The notes under the pieces were generated by a model. That model was not told where the DNA came from. It did not search any database and saw nothing but the letters and a program-made list of their open reading frames with translations. The translations under genes were made by a program, and so were the position numbers. Shown here in pieces: positions 46,033 to 59,151 of a DNA stretch of 64,000 nt; position 1 is the stretch's first letter; the number at the start of each line of letters is the position of its first letter. Source of the DNA: Peribolospora baueri (taxonomy: Eukaryota); NCBI GenBank assembly GCA_029717555.1, contig JAMDHS010000006.1, positions 310,001 through 374,000 on the forward strand. Direction: 5' to 3'.

Positions 46033-46844
46033 AAGGCCACTCGTGTGTCGTCTGTACTGCGCATGTGTGTATGGTTTGTCGCCCTCGGTTCTGATAAGCA
46101 CGAGTTGGGTGGTGTGTGCATGTACAGACAGGCAAGACAGAGCAGAACATGGCTGGGTCCGACGGTGCGTGCAATTCCCTTCCGGCCTCCGCCGCCCTCC
46201 ATGGCGCAAATCTGGCGGAAAATGCGCAAGAAGAACGAGTACGATGGCCGTAGACGCCAACGATGGCTCCAGGACGGATGCGCCGTCTCTTTCTCTCTTT
46301 CTATCTCTCACTCTCACTCTCTCCCGGACGGAGGGGGAAGCTGGCGCAGCTGGGCGGGGCGCGAGGCAGCTTGCTGTGGCGTTTCCGTACCGCCAGCCGG
46401 TGATAAGAGCGGGAGGTGGGCGTGGATCGACCGACCGGCCGTGGCACAACTATATGTGCTTCGATCAGCTCGGCGCCGACGGTGGTGTAGAAGGGGAAAA
46501 AAAAATGTGTTGGGGTTGGCAACCAACCAACACCTTAACGCTTACGCCCCGCGCTGTGCCTGGCTGGCGGGAGCATCTGCCCAAGCGGATGATGATGGGT
46601 CGCTCGAAAGAGGTGGAGCGAACGGCGCTTGCCATCGAACGAGGAGTGCTTGCCATTATCTCCTCGTTCGATGGCGTGCTCGCGCTTCGCCGTCCATTGC
46701 TTGCTTGCTAGAGTACGCTGGTGGACGCCGACGTTGAGGATGAGAACGAGGATGAGGATGAGCGCCATCTAACGCACGCAACTGATCCAGGCTCAGCACA
46801 CGACACGGCACGACCAGCTCCACTCGCAATCGCAATCGCACAAC

Positions 46845-46888
46845 TCTTCGTCTTCGTCTTCGTCTTCGTCTTCGTCTTCGTCTTCGTC
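46845..46888. repeat. (TCTTCG)x7 microsatellite upstream of the permease
   Basis: Read directly from the sequence. Confidence 0.9.
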
Positions 46889-47295
46889 TCGAATCCAATC
46901 CATTACCTCCTTCGCCCCTTTAAGAGCTCCAGCTCTACCCCGGCAAGACGCTCGCCCCCTCTTCTCACTCACCTCTTCCCCCTCGGCACCACTCGCGTGC
47001 CGTCGCGCGCCTGCTCTGTCTGACTTCTCTTTGCTTCCTCTACCCTGCCCGTCTTCTTATCTGTATAGATCGATAGATACCTCGCTCATCCAACGTCCCT
47101 CGCTCCCCTCCATCACCACCTGCGCCACTCGGCCAGCCTGGTCGCCCCTCGCACCCTCCTCACCAGTCCTCCTTCCTCCGCCGCTTCAACCGCTCCTCCT
47201 CCGCCTCCGCCAGCGGCGCCGGCAAGCCCGCCTCTTCCTCCCAACTCTCCTTCACCGACGCAAAAGCCTCGCCGCCGGCCGTACCCCCGGCGACC

Positions 47296-49702
47296 ATGGC
47301 GTCAGGAGCGCAGCCCGCCACAGAAGACCTAGAGAAGGTCGTGACGGCCACCGCCTCAGAAGCGCCGGTCACGGATGCCGAACAGAAAGTCCGACCGGGA
47401 GAGCTGTCCATCGTCGAGGACGCCGCGGGAGGGTTGGGAAGGCATCTCGGACTGCTTGATACTACTTTCTTGGTCGTGAGTGGCCCACCGGTCGCCTGTC
47501 TTTCTGTCTTCGAGCGGCCCGTGTCGCTGATCGTTCCCGCCCGCCATCGCTCTCTCGCCCAGATCGGCCGCATCATCGGCACAGGAATCTTCTCCACCCC
47601 GTCCAGCATCGTCGCCGAGGTCGGCTCCGTCGGAGCGGCCCTCTTCCTTTGGGTCCTTGGCGGCCTCCTCTCCTTTTGCGGCCTGTTCATCTGGATAGAG
47701 TTTGCTACCATGTTTCCCCGATCTGGCGGCGAGAAGGTCTATCTTGAAGCGGTCTACCGACGTCCGAAACTATTGGCCACCATCGTCTTTGCCGCCAACG
47801 CCATCTTCCTCGGCTTCACCGCTTCCGGGTGCATTGTCTTTGCCCGTGAGTCAGCTCGCCGCCGACCTTGGAAAATTGTCGCGGTGTATACCAGTCGCAC
47901 CCTTGCACTCATCCGTCACTCATCCGTTGTTCGTACGCATGCCCTCATCGCTTCTGGCAGAGAACATCATGGTCGCCGCAGACGTGACGCCGGGACGGTG
48001 GAACTCGCGAGGGATCGCCTTGGGCGTCATCTCGTGCGTCTCCTGTTTGCCCCCCCTCCATCTTTCCTTTCCTATACGCTTACCAGCTGACCTTGTCGTT
48101 TCTCTGCGACGTTTTTCCAGCTTTGTCACGATCGTACACGGCTTCTTTCCCCGGATTGGCATTCATTTTATGAACGCGCTCAGCGTGTTCAAGATTGCCA
48201 TCTTGGTCTTCATCGTGGTGCGTCGTCTGTCGATCGTGTCGGCTCCGCTCGCCTTCTGCCGTGCTCACTTCCTCTCCTCGCCTTGTTTGTTCCTCGCCGC
48301 AGGTCACCGGATGGGTCGTCCTCGGAGGGCGAACGCACATCGAAGACCCGCACGCCAACTTTCGCAACGCCTTTACCGGCTCCTCCCACTCGAGCTACGA
48401 ATATGCCACCGCGCTCTTCAAAGTCCTCAACAGCTTTACCGGCTGGAGCAACGCGGCGTACGTGCTGAACGAGGTCAAGAACCCGATTAGTACGATCAAG
48501 AAGGCGGGTCCCCTCGGCCTTGGCACTTGCGCCGTGCTGTACCTCTTCGCCAATATCGTGAGTCCTCTCCCTTCCACCTTGCCCTGTCGTTGTCGGTCTC
48601 TCTTTCCGAAAACGTCTCACGTCTCACGTCGACCAACAACCCCCATCAACGCTTCGCCAGTCCTACTTCGCTGTCGCGAGCGTGGAAGAAGTCTCCAAAT
48701 CCGGTGTCACCGTCGCGGCATACTTCTTCAAGCGGGTTTTTGGTACTACCGCCGAGAGGGCTCTCTCCGTCTTTGTCGCGCTTAGCGCTCTTGGGTGAGC
48801 GAACAGGTTTATCGCTTCTTGACACGCTCTTCCGTCCGTTTGACGCTCACGCTCCACTTTTTTCGTTTCGTCTCATCCGCTAGCAACGTCTTCACCATCA
48901 CCTTTGCCCAATCCCGAGTCAATCAGGAGCTGGCCAAAGAGGGCGTCCTGCCGTGGAGCAGGTTCTGGGCGGTGAGCGCTGGCGCTGGCGAAACCGTCAG
49001 CAGCGGGGCGTGCTCCACCCCAACTCTGCTGACCGGGCAAACTCGTGTCGTCTCCTCTCTCCCCAGTCCAACTGGCCCTGCCGCTCCCCACTGGCCGGCC
49101 TCATCGTCCACCTGATCCCCTCCGTCATCGTCATCATCGGTCCCCCGCCGGGCGACGCTTACAACTTTATCCTCGACGTCGAGGGATACCCGACCCAGAT
49201 CATCAATCTCTTTGTCGTGCTAGGCCTGTTCTGGCTCAGGTGGAAGTATCCACATACCCCTAGAGCTTTCAAGGGTGAGCGTTTTGCTGGACTTCGTTTT
49301 GGATTGGCCCGCCTAACTCAACTCGGTACTCTCCTTTCTCGCTCTGCCCAGTCTGGCTCCCCGTCGCCTTATTCTTCCTCGCCGGTGCCGTCTTTCTCCT
49401 CGTCGTTCCCTTCATTCGTCCCCCCGGCGGCAAGGGCGACACGTCCCTGCCCTACTGGCTCGCTCCGGTCATCGGCATCGCCGTCATGCTCGCCGGCGTC
49501 CGTGAGTCCGCTCGCTCGTCCTTTCCTCCTTTCTTTCGACCGCGACTGACTGACTGACGGGACGCCCTCCTCCCTCGCAGTGTATTGGTTCGTCTGGCAA
49601 AAACTCCTCCCCTCGCTCTTCCGCTTCCACTACCAGCCAGTCAAGGGCACGCTCGCCGACGGCACCGTCGTCACGGAGTACCTTCGCGTCCCCAACGCTT
49701 GA
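47296..49702 (+). CDS. APC-family amino-acid permease, Mup1-like (LAT type), multi-exon
   Basis: IGRIIGTGIFSTPSS, WIEFATMFPRSGGEKVYLE, FTGWSNAAYVLNEVKNP, SRVNQELAKEGVLP and PPPGDAYNFILDVEGYP. TGA at 49700-49702. Confidence 0.9.
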
Positions 49703-50125
49703 TCGCCGTCCTCTTTCTTTCTTTCTTCCTCTCCCTTCCTCGCCCGTCGTCGTCGTCGTCGTCCTTTGGCCGCTTCCATCGCGTGCTTGCTTGCCTTCTC
49801 GCTTGGCTTCCCATCCGCTCCGTTTGTCCGAGCGCTTCATGAGTGCATCGTCATCGTCATCGTTACCCCCTCATGTTTCATCTCTCGGTCATGCCAAGTT
49901 AAACATCGATCGTCGTACCTTGCTTCCCATCCTCGTCAGCCGTCGTGAGAGAGAGAGAGCGTCGACGCGCACAAGCACAAGCTCGGGCGGGGATGGAAGC
50001 GGCCGTCCCTCCATATGCCGTTGGCCTAGGCTTGATTGACGCGCGTGAGTACGCGGCTGATCCTGGACACCGTCAACGTTCCCTTCGCCCGTCGGCCCTT
50101 CGCACCGCACCCGTTGACCACGAAA

Positions 50126-51587
50126 TCACAACGACCGAGAGACCTCCGGCTCCGGTTCCAACGCAAACTCGAACACCCGCCGGCCGACGCCCTTGGTGGG
50201 ACATCCGCGCTGGTCGAGCACGTACACGTCCCTCTCGACGAACGTGGCGTTGCCGCGCCTGTCCACGAGCAGCACCGTGGCCGTTCGAGTGGCGTACCAG
50301 TCCGACGTCGCCGTCGCCGTCGCCGCCGCACCCGCACCGGAAGGAGAACCGTCAGCACGGCCGTCTGCCCCGGAGCGGAGGGCCTCGTGGCCTTCATGGG
50401 CCGCTGCTTGGCTGGTGGTGTCCACGGGTTTTGAAGGTGGAGATAATCGAACGGGGGGGATCTGGATCGAGAGGCGCATCTGCGATCGCTCCGTCAGCTG
50501 TGGACGGTATTCGTAGCTGTTTGACAGGAGAGCAAAAAAAGAGTGATGTGAAATCAGTACGGAAAGGGACGTGCAAGGATGTAGCCATGCGGACGACGTC
50601 GGCCACCCGTTCACTGGACTCACCTCAGGACGTCGAATAGCCTCTCCACAAGTCCCTCCTTCGCTTCTGACTCCATCACACCGTCCCAGTCGTCGATGGC
50701 ACGCATGAACGCGCGCTCCCCTCGTTCGACTTTCTCCCACGGATCTAGGAAGGTGCTGTTCGATAGACCGCAAGCCACGCATCCCGTCGTCGTCGTTCCA
50801 GATGCAGATGCAACGCCTACGTCACCATTTCGCTCCACCGCCGGCCAAGGCGATTGGCTCGGTGTGAAAGCGGAGCGAGAGACGACAAGGCGCGCCCCAC
50901 CCGAGCCTGCTGGTTCTCGGTTGGAAACATAGGCCACCTCACACGAGCCGGATGAGGATGAGGACGGCTCAGGTCTTGAAGAAGCCGAGCATTGGCTGAC
51001 GACCAAGTTGAACCCGGCAAACTCGTCCTGCACGCGCTCCACCTCTTTCACGTACTCCAACGGACTCAGCGCCGCCGCTGAGCCTTGCGCTCCTCCTGGC
51101 TGACCACCTTGCGGAGCGGCGGTCGGACTTTGAGAGGCAAGAAAGTCTTTAACTAGACGGCCTCGGCTCTGCACCTTGTGACGAGGAGGCGGCTCGGTAA
51201 AGTTGGTGAGCACGGCAAAGCGTCCCGTCTTCGTGATACCGAGCCAGGTGCCCCCGCCGGAGAGGTCTAGGCCGGAATAGACGTAGGGAAGAGAGGAAGG
51301 GGCGGAGAGGGTCGGCTTGCCCCCATCGAACGAATGCAAGGCAGCCGGCGCGGATGGTCTGGAGAGGTATTCATCTCGGTTACTCGCGACGATCCTATGC
51401 GCCCCGTCCCCGTCGGCCGTCCGTCCGTCCGATCGTCGGCGAGTCCGTCAAGTCAAGTCAGTCAACGGGTCCGGCGTCAGGGAGGCAAAACGATCGATTT
51501 CGGGGGACAAAGAGGGTCTCTGCTCGCTGGTCCTGGTGCTCACAGCTGGTAGTGCGGATGATGGAGGGTCCAGAAGATGCAACACAT
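50126..51587 (-). CDS. TANGO2/NRDE-family protein (3 exons)
   Basis: Spliced MCCIFWTLHHPHYQLIVASNRDEYLSRPS, GLDLSGGGTWLGITKTGRFAVLTN, SRGRLV, FAGFNLV, GLSNS...WEKV and WYATRTATVLLV. Confidence 0.9.
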
Positions 51588-51827
51588 CTTGCGTTCAGTG
51601 CTTGTCTGGCTCGCTGTGGACGCACCGGAAGGAGTTGCGTGCGCTGTTCTCGAACCTCGTGATCAGCGCCGCAGTCGAGTCCATTCACTGTCAAGATCCG
51701 AGCGCCCCCGCCGTCGTCCGTCTTCGTCGTCTTCGTCGTCCTCGCCGCTCCACTCACTCGCCCGACACAGACGACTGCCCCGCCAAGGTCGAGTCCAAGG
51801 CAAGTCGAAGGAAAGACATAGGGAAGG

Positions 51828-52870
51828 ATGGGCGGCTTCCTCACCGCACTCGTGCTCGGGTGCACCTCCTTTCTTCTCGGTGGGTAATTCGCACGCCCGC
51901 TCGGCCTGCTCTGCTCGTCTTACTGCGCTGGTCAGTGCGCTGACGGGATTGGAATCTTCGGCTGACCGTCCGTCCTGCTTTGCGACCGTATTCATTCAAC
52001 GCTCAAACACGAACAGGCACCCTGGCGATGCACTGGTCAGCGGACCACCTCGTACTCTGGCAGTCGCCCGTGACGGCCGACTCGGTCCAAACGGCGCTCT
52101 CTTATTACCGCTCCACCCTCTTGGCCCTCGTCTCTGCGCCCTCGTCCCCGTCCGAGTCCTTCCACTCAGCGCTATGGTACCTGCTTCACGGCGTGGGCGT
52201 CGTGGGAGCGTTGGGGCTTTTGGCCAAGATGGTCAGGGGGACGCAGAGCAATTGGCTGTTTGATGGGGCGACGTTATGTGAGTTCTCTCGCACCTTTCGC
52301 CTGTCGTCCTTTCACCAGAGCTAGGAATGGGGGAGGGAGGGGAGGATGAATACTGAGGACAGCGATGCATTCGTCTCTGTCGCTTCGAAACTCGCTTTTC
52401 CCTTGCTCTCCTCCGAACCCGGTCCCCGCGGCCCCAACAGTTCTGTACTCGTGTGCAGCGGTCGCCTACCGAGGCAACGTCGTACATTGTAAGTGGTTCG
52501 CAGTCGCCCCATGGCGTCCTGTCCCTGCTGCGACCTCGTTTGCACCTTTATTCATAGTTCGCTTGCTTGGGTCGCCCACGCGTCGTTCGCAGACCTGTCC
52601 GACCTTTCCGAGACGAGCCCGCCCACGGCGTCGTCACCGGATCCCGATCAGACGTTGCGCGACCTGGCCGTCTCGCACGCTGTCATCGCAGTCGCCTTGA
52701 CCGGCTGCGTGCTGCTTCAGGTGGGACAGTACTACGCCGAGAGGGCGGAGGGGGAGGAGGACGAGAAGAGGAGGCAAGAGAAGAAGGAGAGGAGGGAGGC
52801 GAGGAGGAAGAGGAGAGAGGCGGCGGGCGACGGTGCGGTCGTCGATAGCAAGGTTAGGCAGAGGAAGTGA
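51828..52870 (+). CDS. SHR3: ER packaging chaperone for amino-acid permeases, Shr3 (4 exons)
   Basis: MGGFLTALVLGCTSFLLG|TLAMHWSADHLVLWQ, SNWLFDGATL(F)LY and LAVSHAVIAVALTGCVLLQVGQYYAER, followed by a charged tail. Four hydrophobic segments. Confidence 0.87.
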
Positions 52871-53536
52871 ATGTGTGGGAAGAGCGTCGCATGGAGCGAG
52901 ACGGAGAGGAATACATTCCATGATCGCAGTGCCGACTTTGACACATGCGTACATACATACATACATACAGTATGAGCTCATCCCATCGTGGCGGTGACGA
53001 GACGCGTCAACACCGTGTCTCACGAGCTCCTTTCTTTCTTCGCTTTGCCTCGTCTCGTCCTTCCTTCGTTCGCCGGCGCCGGGGTTGGGGTTCTGTGCAC
53101 GCATGTCTGGCACGGCGACGATGAGAGACGGGGAGGATGTCGGGAAACATGGATGGATAGAAGACCGATGATGGGCGCGTCGTGCGAGCCGAGCTGCTGC
53201 GGAATCGGATATGGTACAGTCAGGCGAGCCAAGTCAGCCCCGCCGAGCACCGTCGCCGTCGCTGTCGCTGCGAGCCGAGGGATCACGTGATAGTAGTTAA
53301 TTCCTTAGTCATCGATCGAACGAGATGATCGGAATAGTGATTGGCTGGCTTCGCGAGCGCAGGCGGCAATAATCGCTCGTCGCGGGGAGCGAGCGTCGAG
53401 CGTCGCTGCGGCGGCCTCCACTTGCCCTCCCCTCTCCATCGTCCACCCATTCCTCCATCTCTCCCGAACACCACCTCGTCTCGTCTCCACTCTCTCCTTC
53501 TCGTCCTCTTTTACCTGCACTCACTCTCTACCCAAA

Positions 53537-54571
53537 ATGGTCAAGGTGAGCGGGTGAGAGAGCGAGCTAGCGCCAGAGCCGCTTCACATGCATAAGCGAG
53601 GCACTTTGGCCGTCCGGGGCTTCTTGCTCGACGGCAGCGCCCCCCGACTGACGAGGTCCCCATCCCACCGTCACGGTACTCATACTCACCACCCCCGCCT
53701 TGCTTCCCTCCCTCCATGTCTCCCTCCTTCTCCTGCTACTCCTTTTCTCCTCACCTCTTCTTGCCCCAACTCTTCTTTCTTTCCCACCACCTCTTTCCCT
53801 TTCCTTCACCATGATGCGCTCCGCTAGGCTATCGCTGTTCTCAGGGGCGACTCCCCCGTCCACGGCATCGTCAACTTCGAGCAGGCCGACGAGAAGTCCC
53901 CCGTCACCGTCACCGGCGAGATCAAGAACCACGACAAGAACGCTCTGAGGGGCTTCCACGTCCAGTGAGTCGTCCCCTCTTCTCCCCGCCTCCTCTCGCT
54001 CTACCCTTCCCTCCGCCTCTCGCTCTCGCTCACCGTGCCCTTTCTCACGCTTGCCTCGCAGCGCCTTCGGTGACAACTCGAACGGCTGCACTGTCAGTTG
54101 TACTCTCCTCTCTTGCCCATTTCCATCACTTCCCCTTATCCGAAAACACTGCTGACTGGTTCCTTCACGCGCATGCATGGATCCACCACACCCTTCCCAG
54201 TCCGCCGGCCCCCACTTCAACCCCTTCAACAAGAAGCACGGCGGCCCCACGGACGAGGAGCGCCACGTCGGCGACCTTGGCAACATCCAGACGGACGAGA
54301 ACGGCGTTGCCAAGCTGAACATCACCGATAAGCAAATCAGCCTCATCGGACCCCTTTCCATCGTCGGCCGCACCGTTGTCGTTCACGCTGGCACCGACGA
54401 CCTTGGCAAGGGCGGCAACGAGGAGAGCTTCAAGACCGGCAACGCTGGCGGCCGCGTCGCCTGCGGTGTCATCGGTGAGTTGTTTAATCGACATCTCTTC
54501 AAGCGTGTTTTCAAACGCTCATCATCGGGATTCATCTCTCGTGCCACCCCTTTGTAGGCATTGCTGCTTAG
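53537..54571 (+). CDS. SOD1: Cu/Zn superoxide dismutase (5 exons; exon 1 encodes only MVK)
   Basis: Spliced [84 protein letters not shown]. All metal ligands are present. Confidence 0.97.
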
Positions 54572-55184
54572 ATTGATCCATCGACAGGTTGCGGCTGGGG
54601 TAGTGGCATATAGCACGTCGGTAAAACAGCATCATGTAGTAGTAGTGGCTAAACCGTCGAGCCGATGATGAGCCGACGCTCACTCGAGCGTCTTGGGAAT
54701 ATCGAATCGCTAAAGTTGAGCTGTAGTCGTCCTTTCCTCCTTTTCTCGCTCTCGCTCTCGTTCTGATTGCATGCGGGCGTGCGAGCGCACGTAGGAGCAG
54801 GAGCAGGAGCAGGAGCAGGGGCCGCAACAGGCTTGTCAGAGGGCACAGCGGACATGTACCCAGGTAGACAGACGGACGTAGGGTTGAAGAGACGATAAAT
54901 ATCCACCGGGAAGAGCGAAAAAGTGTCCTGGGAAATACGACAAAACGAAACGAAGGCCGACTCGTGGGGGCGGGGCGGCGTAAGGCAGGGCAGGGCAGGG
55001 CAGAGCAAAGCATGGTAGGGGCGAGAAATCTGGATATGGATGGCCATCACGTGTGTGAGACGGGGGGGAGGGGGGGGGCGAGGTACGGTATATACGGCCT
55101 TCTTTTCCCTTCCTGCAAACCTACATATGAGAAAGCGGCGCCGGGAGGGAAGAGAAAAGGAAACGGAGTCTCGTTTTCTCGACG

Positions 55185-58100
55185 TCACGGCTTCCTCGCC
55201 CACGTCCACCACCGCCGTCGGGCGCCCTCGCTGCGACTCCCCTTCATCTCTCCCTCCTCTCCCGCGCCCTCCTCCTCCTCCTTGCCTTCGTCCTCCCCGT
55301 CACCTCGCCTTGCCGCCTCGACATCGACGCCGCCACGGCCGGCCGAAGCGGAAGCGCCAGCGCCGCTCCTTCGCAAGTCCGCGCCGCGAACGACCTTGAG
55401 AAAGATGGACTCGAGCGCCTCCGGGCTCAGCTGCGCGTCGCGCACGCCAGCGCGCTTGGCGTCGTCGGCGGCGCGGACGAAGTGTTCGAAAAGGTCGGCA
55501 ATCGTGCCTCCTTCTCCTTCTTCGCCCGTCCTCTCTTGCCCATCGCTCCCCTCTTCTCCTTTCCGACCTCCCGTTCCCGCACTCGGCACGCACCTCACCG
55601 GCACCTGAAACCGGTTCGACGCCTCGTCCGACGGCGTGCACCCCGGCAGACAGGACGCCATAAACTCGTGCACGGCCAAAGGGGATGCGTCCGGAGCCAG
55701 GTCCACTTGGATCTCGTACACCGGATCCTTGGACCGAAGGGACGACGTCGTGCCGATGGCTTCGGTTGGACGGTGAAAGGACGAGGTGTCAGCACGCCGC
55801 CCATCAGGCCCTCCTCAAGCGAAACGTGGCGGCAGACCAGACCAGACCAGACTCACCCAACAATCGCGAAGCCTGAATGGCGACTCGGCTCGCCAGCACC
55901 TCCACCTCCTCCATCGAGTGGCTCGTGAACAGCGTCGCCCGGCCCTCGCTCACTTTCTGCAGCGTCTTCCACAGGTGACGTTTCGTGTAGGCGTCCACGC
56001 CGCTCGTCAGCTCGTCCAAAAGGATCACACTCGGGTTGCCTGTGAACGACGGAAAGAATAGAACGGCCTGAGCGAAGGAAAAAGCCTGCGCGACAGTTTC
56101 GTCATCCTTGTCCCCGTCAGTGAGGACCAACCCAAAAGAGAGATAGCCAACGACAGCTTTCGCTGATTCCCCCCCGACAGCTTCCCGGCGTGTCGGTGCT
56201 CGACAGGGAGCAGATCACACAGCTCCATACACCTCCGCACGTCCCCCTTTCGCGCCCTGCGGTCCAGGCCCTGCACGCGGGCGTAGACCTTGAGGTGCTC
56301 GCGCACCGTCAGGTTCGGGTCCAGTGCGTCGAACTGCGGACAGACGCCCAGGCGAGAGCGCGCGAGGCTTCGGTGCTCGACTGTGTCGGTGCCCTGTACG
56401 TAGATGGAGCCCGACGTGGGTCGCAGCTCGCAACGGATCATCGAATCTGTCGCACGAAACGGCGAAAGGTGGGTGTGAGCGGTGCGCACGTCGGCCATCG
56501 TCGACGTCGAGGGAACTCACGAAGGGTGGATTTGCCGCCGCCGTTGATGCCAGCCAACGCAAACGTCTCGTTCCTTGCCACGCCAAATGTGACATCATCC
56601 ACCGCTAGCACCCCGGTCGAAGGATAGATCTTCGAAACGTGGCAGACGCGAAGGATGTCGCCTTTGCCGGCGGCGGTACCTGGCGTCATCGCAAAAGTTG
56701 AAGGCATGATGGCCATCGACGATGAGCGAAGACGAAGACAACCGGAGGGGTGGCGACAGTGCAGATGAGAACCGAACGGTGACAACATACCTGCTTCGCT
56801 CTCAGCATCGACCCTATCCGCCTCGGCAAGCACGTCAGCTTCATACGCCGCCGACTCAGAGGCGTGCACGGCTGGCTTCTTGCGCCTCAGCAGGTGTGAC
56901 AGCTTGGATGGTCGCAACGCTCCAGAGTCCCACCATACCAGTACGGAAAAGGCGAAGAGGGCCCAAAGGATAAAGTAGAGGATTGGCGCTCCGAAGCGGT
57001 CGAAGCTGTGGACGCGTTCATTCAGAGTTGGAATCTATTCAGCTCGGGGGCTTGGCTTTCAACGACACGGGCGGACGCGCGCGGGTCACTCACCTGCCCA
57101 TGCCCTTATTAGAAGCGGCGCCGGTGCCGTCACAGAGCAAGCCGAAAAGATTGGCAGTCACCCAACTCGTGCGAACCACGCTCACGGTCGGAGAAAGCAA
57201 AGCGAGCGGATAGTCTGCGTCAAAGTGAGAAACCACGCATGACAATGGGAAAGATAAGCGCAACAACCGGAAGAAGAACGGATCATGTGTCCAGGCGCTC
57301 ACGAATGGCTGATAAAGTCCCGGTCAGGTCGCTTCCGGTGTAGAACGTCAAAGCGAGCAGAGTGGCCATGAACTAGGACGAGGAGATGAACAGGTGAGCC
57401 GACACTCCGCTCGCATTCGAGGACCTGCGACTCACGTAAATCAGAAATACGATCACGTTCCAAGCGCATACGATAGCGAACGCGGCGAGCTGGGATGGCG
57501 CAAAAAGGGAGACGACCATGCTCTCGATGGACGCAGCAAGGCCGTACAAAAAGAAGCAAAACCACAATAATGCCCCGCCTTTGAACTGATCGGTGAGGAC
57601 GAGGTAGAGAACGGTGACGACTACCGAGGCGATGATGACCACGGGAAGCTCCGCGCAGACGTGACCTAGCCAGAGCGGAAGGGGTGAGAGACCGTTGGTG
57701 AGGTGCAGAGCCTTCACGCGGTTGACGCGTTCGGCCGTGGGGTAGAGAGCCGCGAAAGCTGGCCCTGCAAAGGAGAACGAGGAGGGAATAGTCAGATTCA
57801 TGAGAATAAGCACCGTGGAGGAGAGGCTGCTCACAAACTGCTTGAGCTCTACATGACGATGAAGGACAGAAAAGCGAGTCAGACGCATGCAAACCAAGGG
57901 TGGACAAAGTGGTGACCGTGGACGACAGCAAGGACACTTACAAGCCAAAGATCGCGGCCCATTTTAGCGCTCCACCGAGTCCGTTACCGAGGGTGAGCGA
58001 GGAAAGGGTTTGGAAACGGCCGTATATCCTCGAAGACGCGCTCCCGCTCCGCCGCTCGAGCTCGCTGTTTGACACCAGGTTGAGAAGCACCAAGCCGGCG

Positions 58101-59107
58101 TCCGCGCTCTGAGCATTATAGGAAAACGTGGACACGTTGCGAGCGTCGACGGTGATGCCGCCCAGGAAGAATTCGCTGTAATTGGCATCGACCAAAGCAG
58201 TGAAATCGGACGTCGTCCCGGGCAGGATGGCTGAGGCGTTCACGCCAAGAGCGAGCATGGACGCTTCAACGGTGGGCGGCGCGAGCAGGAGCTTGTATCC
58301 GCGACTGTCTAGAGCGTGCGAATTCAAAGCGTTTTGCTCCGCGTCGGAGCCTGGGAAGAAGAGGTTGTCAATGGTGGGAGGAGAAAATCCACGGCTGCAA
58401 GACGGATCGCGTCCTCTGAGAAAGATGAGAGGAACGACGGAGCCCAAAATGGCGACGGCCAAGGCCAACACGGGAACGATCCAAGTGCGGCGCAAGAGCA
58501 GCATGCGCTTGTAAACGTGAGCGGCGGCGAGCCTCAAGATGCCGATCGGTCGGCCGTCGCTCAACTCGGCCGGGCCGGTTCCATCGAATCGTCCAGAGTC
58601 GTAAGCGACAGGGTCCGCGTCCGAGTCGAAGGCGCATTCGACCTTTTCTTCTGCCTGGCCGTCCGGGGCAGACTCGCCACCAGTTTGCGCGTTCTGGGCA
58701 TTGAGCTTGAGGAAAACGCTCTCGAGAGTGGGACCATGGACGTCATACGACACGATGCCGAGCGACTGCTTGTGTCCCTCGAGGTCCCTGAGCAGCTTGG
58801 CTACGACTTGGATATCCTTTGTGGGCAAGGCGATGACCACGTCCGACGGGGTCGGCGACGGCACTCTCCCAGCACCGGGGATCTGCACACGCACGCGTTC
58901 AACCAGGGTAAGAGCACGAGCATGAACATCGCCGATGGGAGTGATGCGCAGGGTATAACCGTCGCCGAGGCTCGACTTGAGCGATAGCGGCGAACCCTGT
59001 GCAAGCTTTTTCCCGGGCGCTGCCAGGATGGTCAATTCAGAGGCCAACAGATCCGCTTCGTCCAGGAAATGCGTCGTGCTGTGAGAAAGCAGCACGTGCG
59101 CCGGGGG

Positions 59108-59151
<44 letters not shown>

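Noticed and set aside
6475..54571. Apparent thematic clusters (COX17+SOD1 copper; PSY2+MMS2+MLH3 repair; APL4+GCS1 trafficking)
   Set aside because: The genes are mostly far apart and interspersed with unrelated ones, as expected by chance among housekeeping genes.
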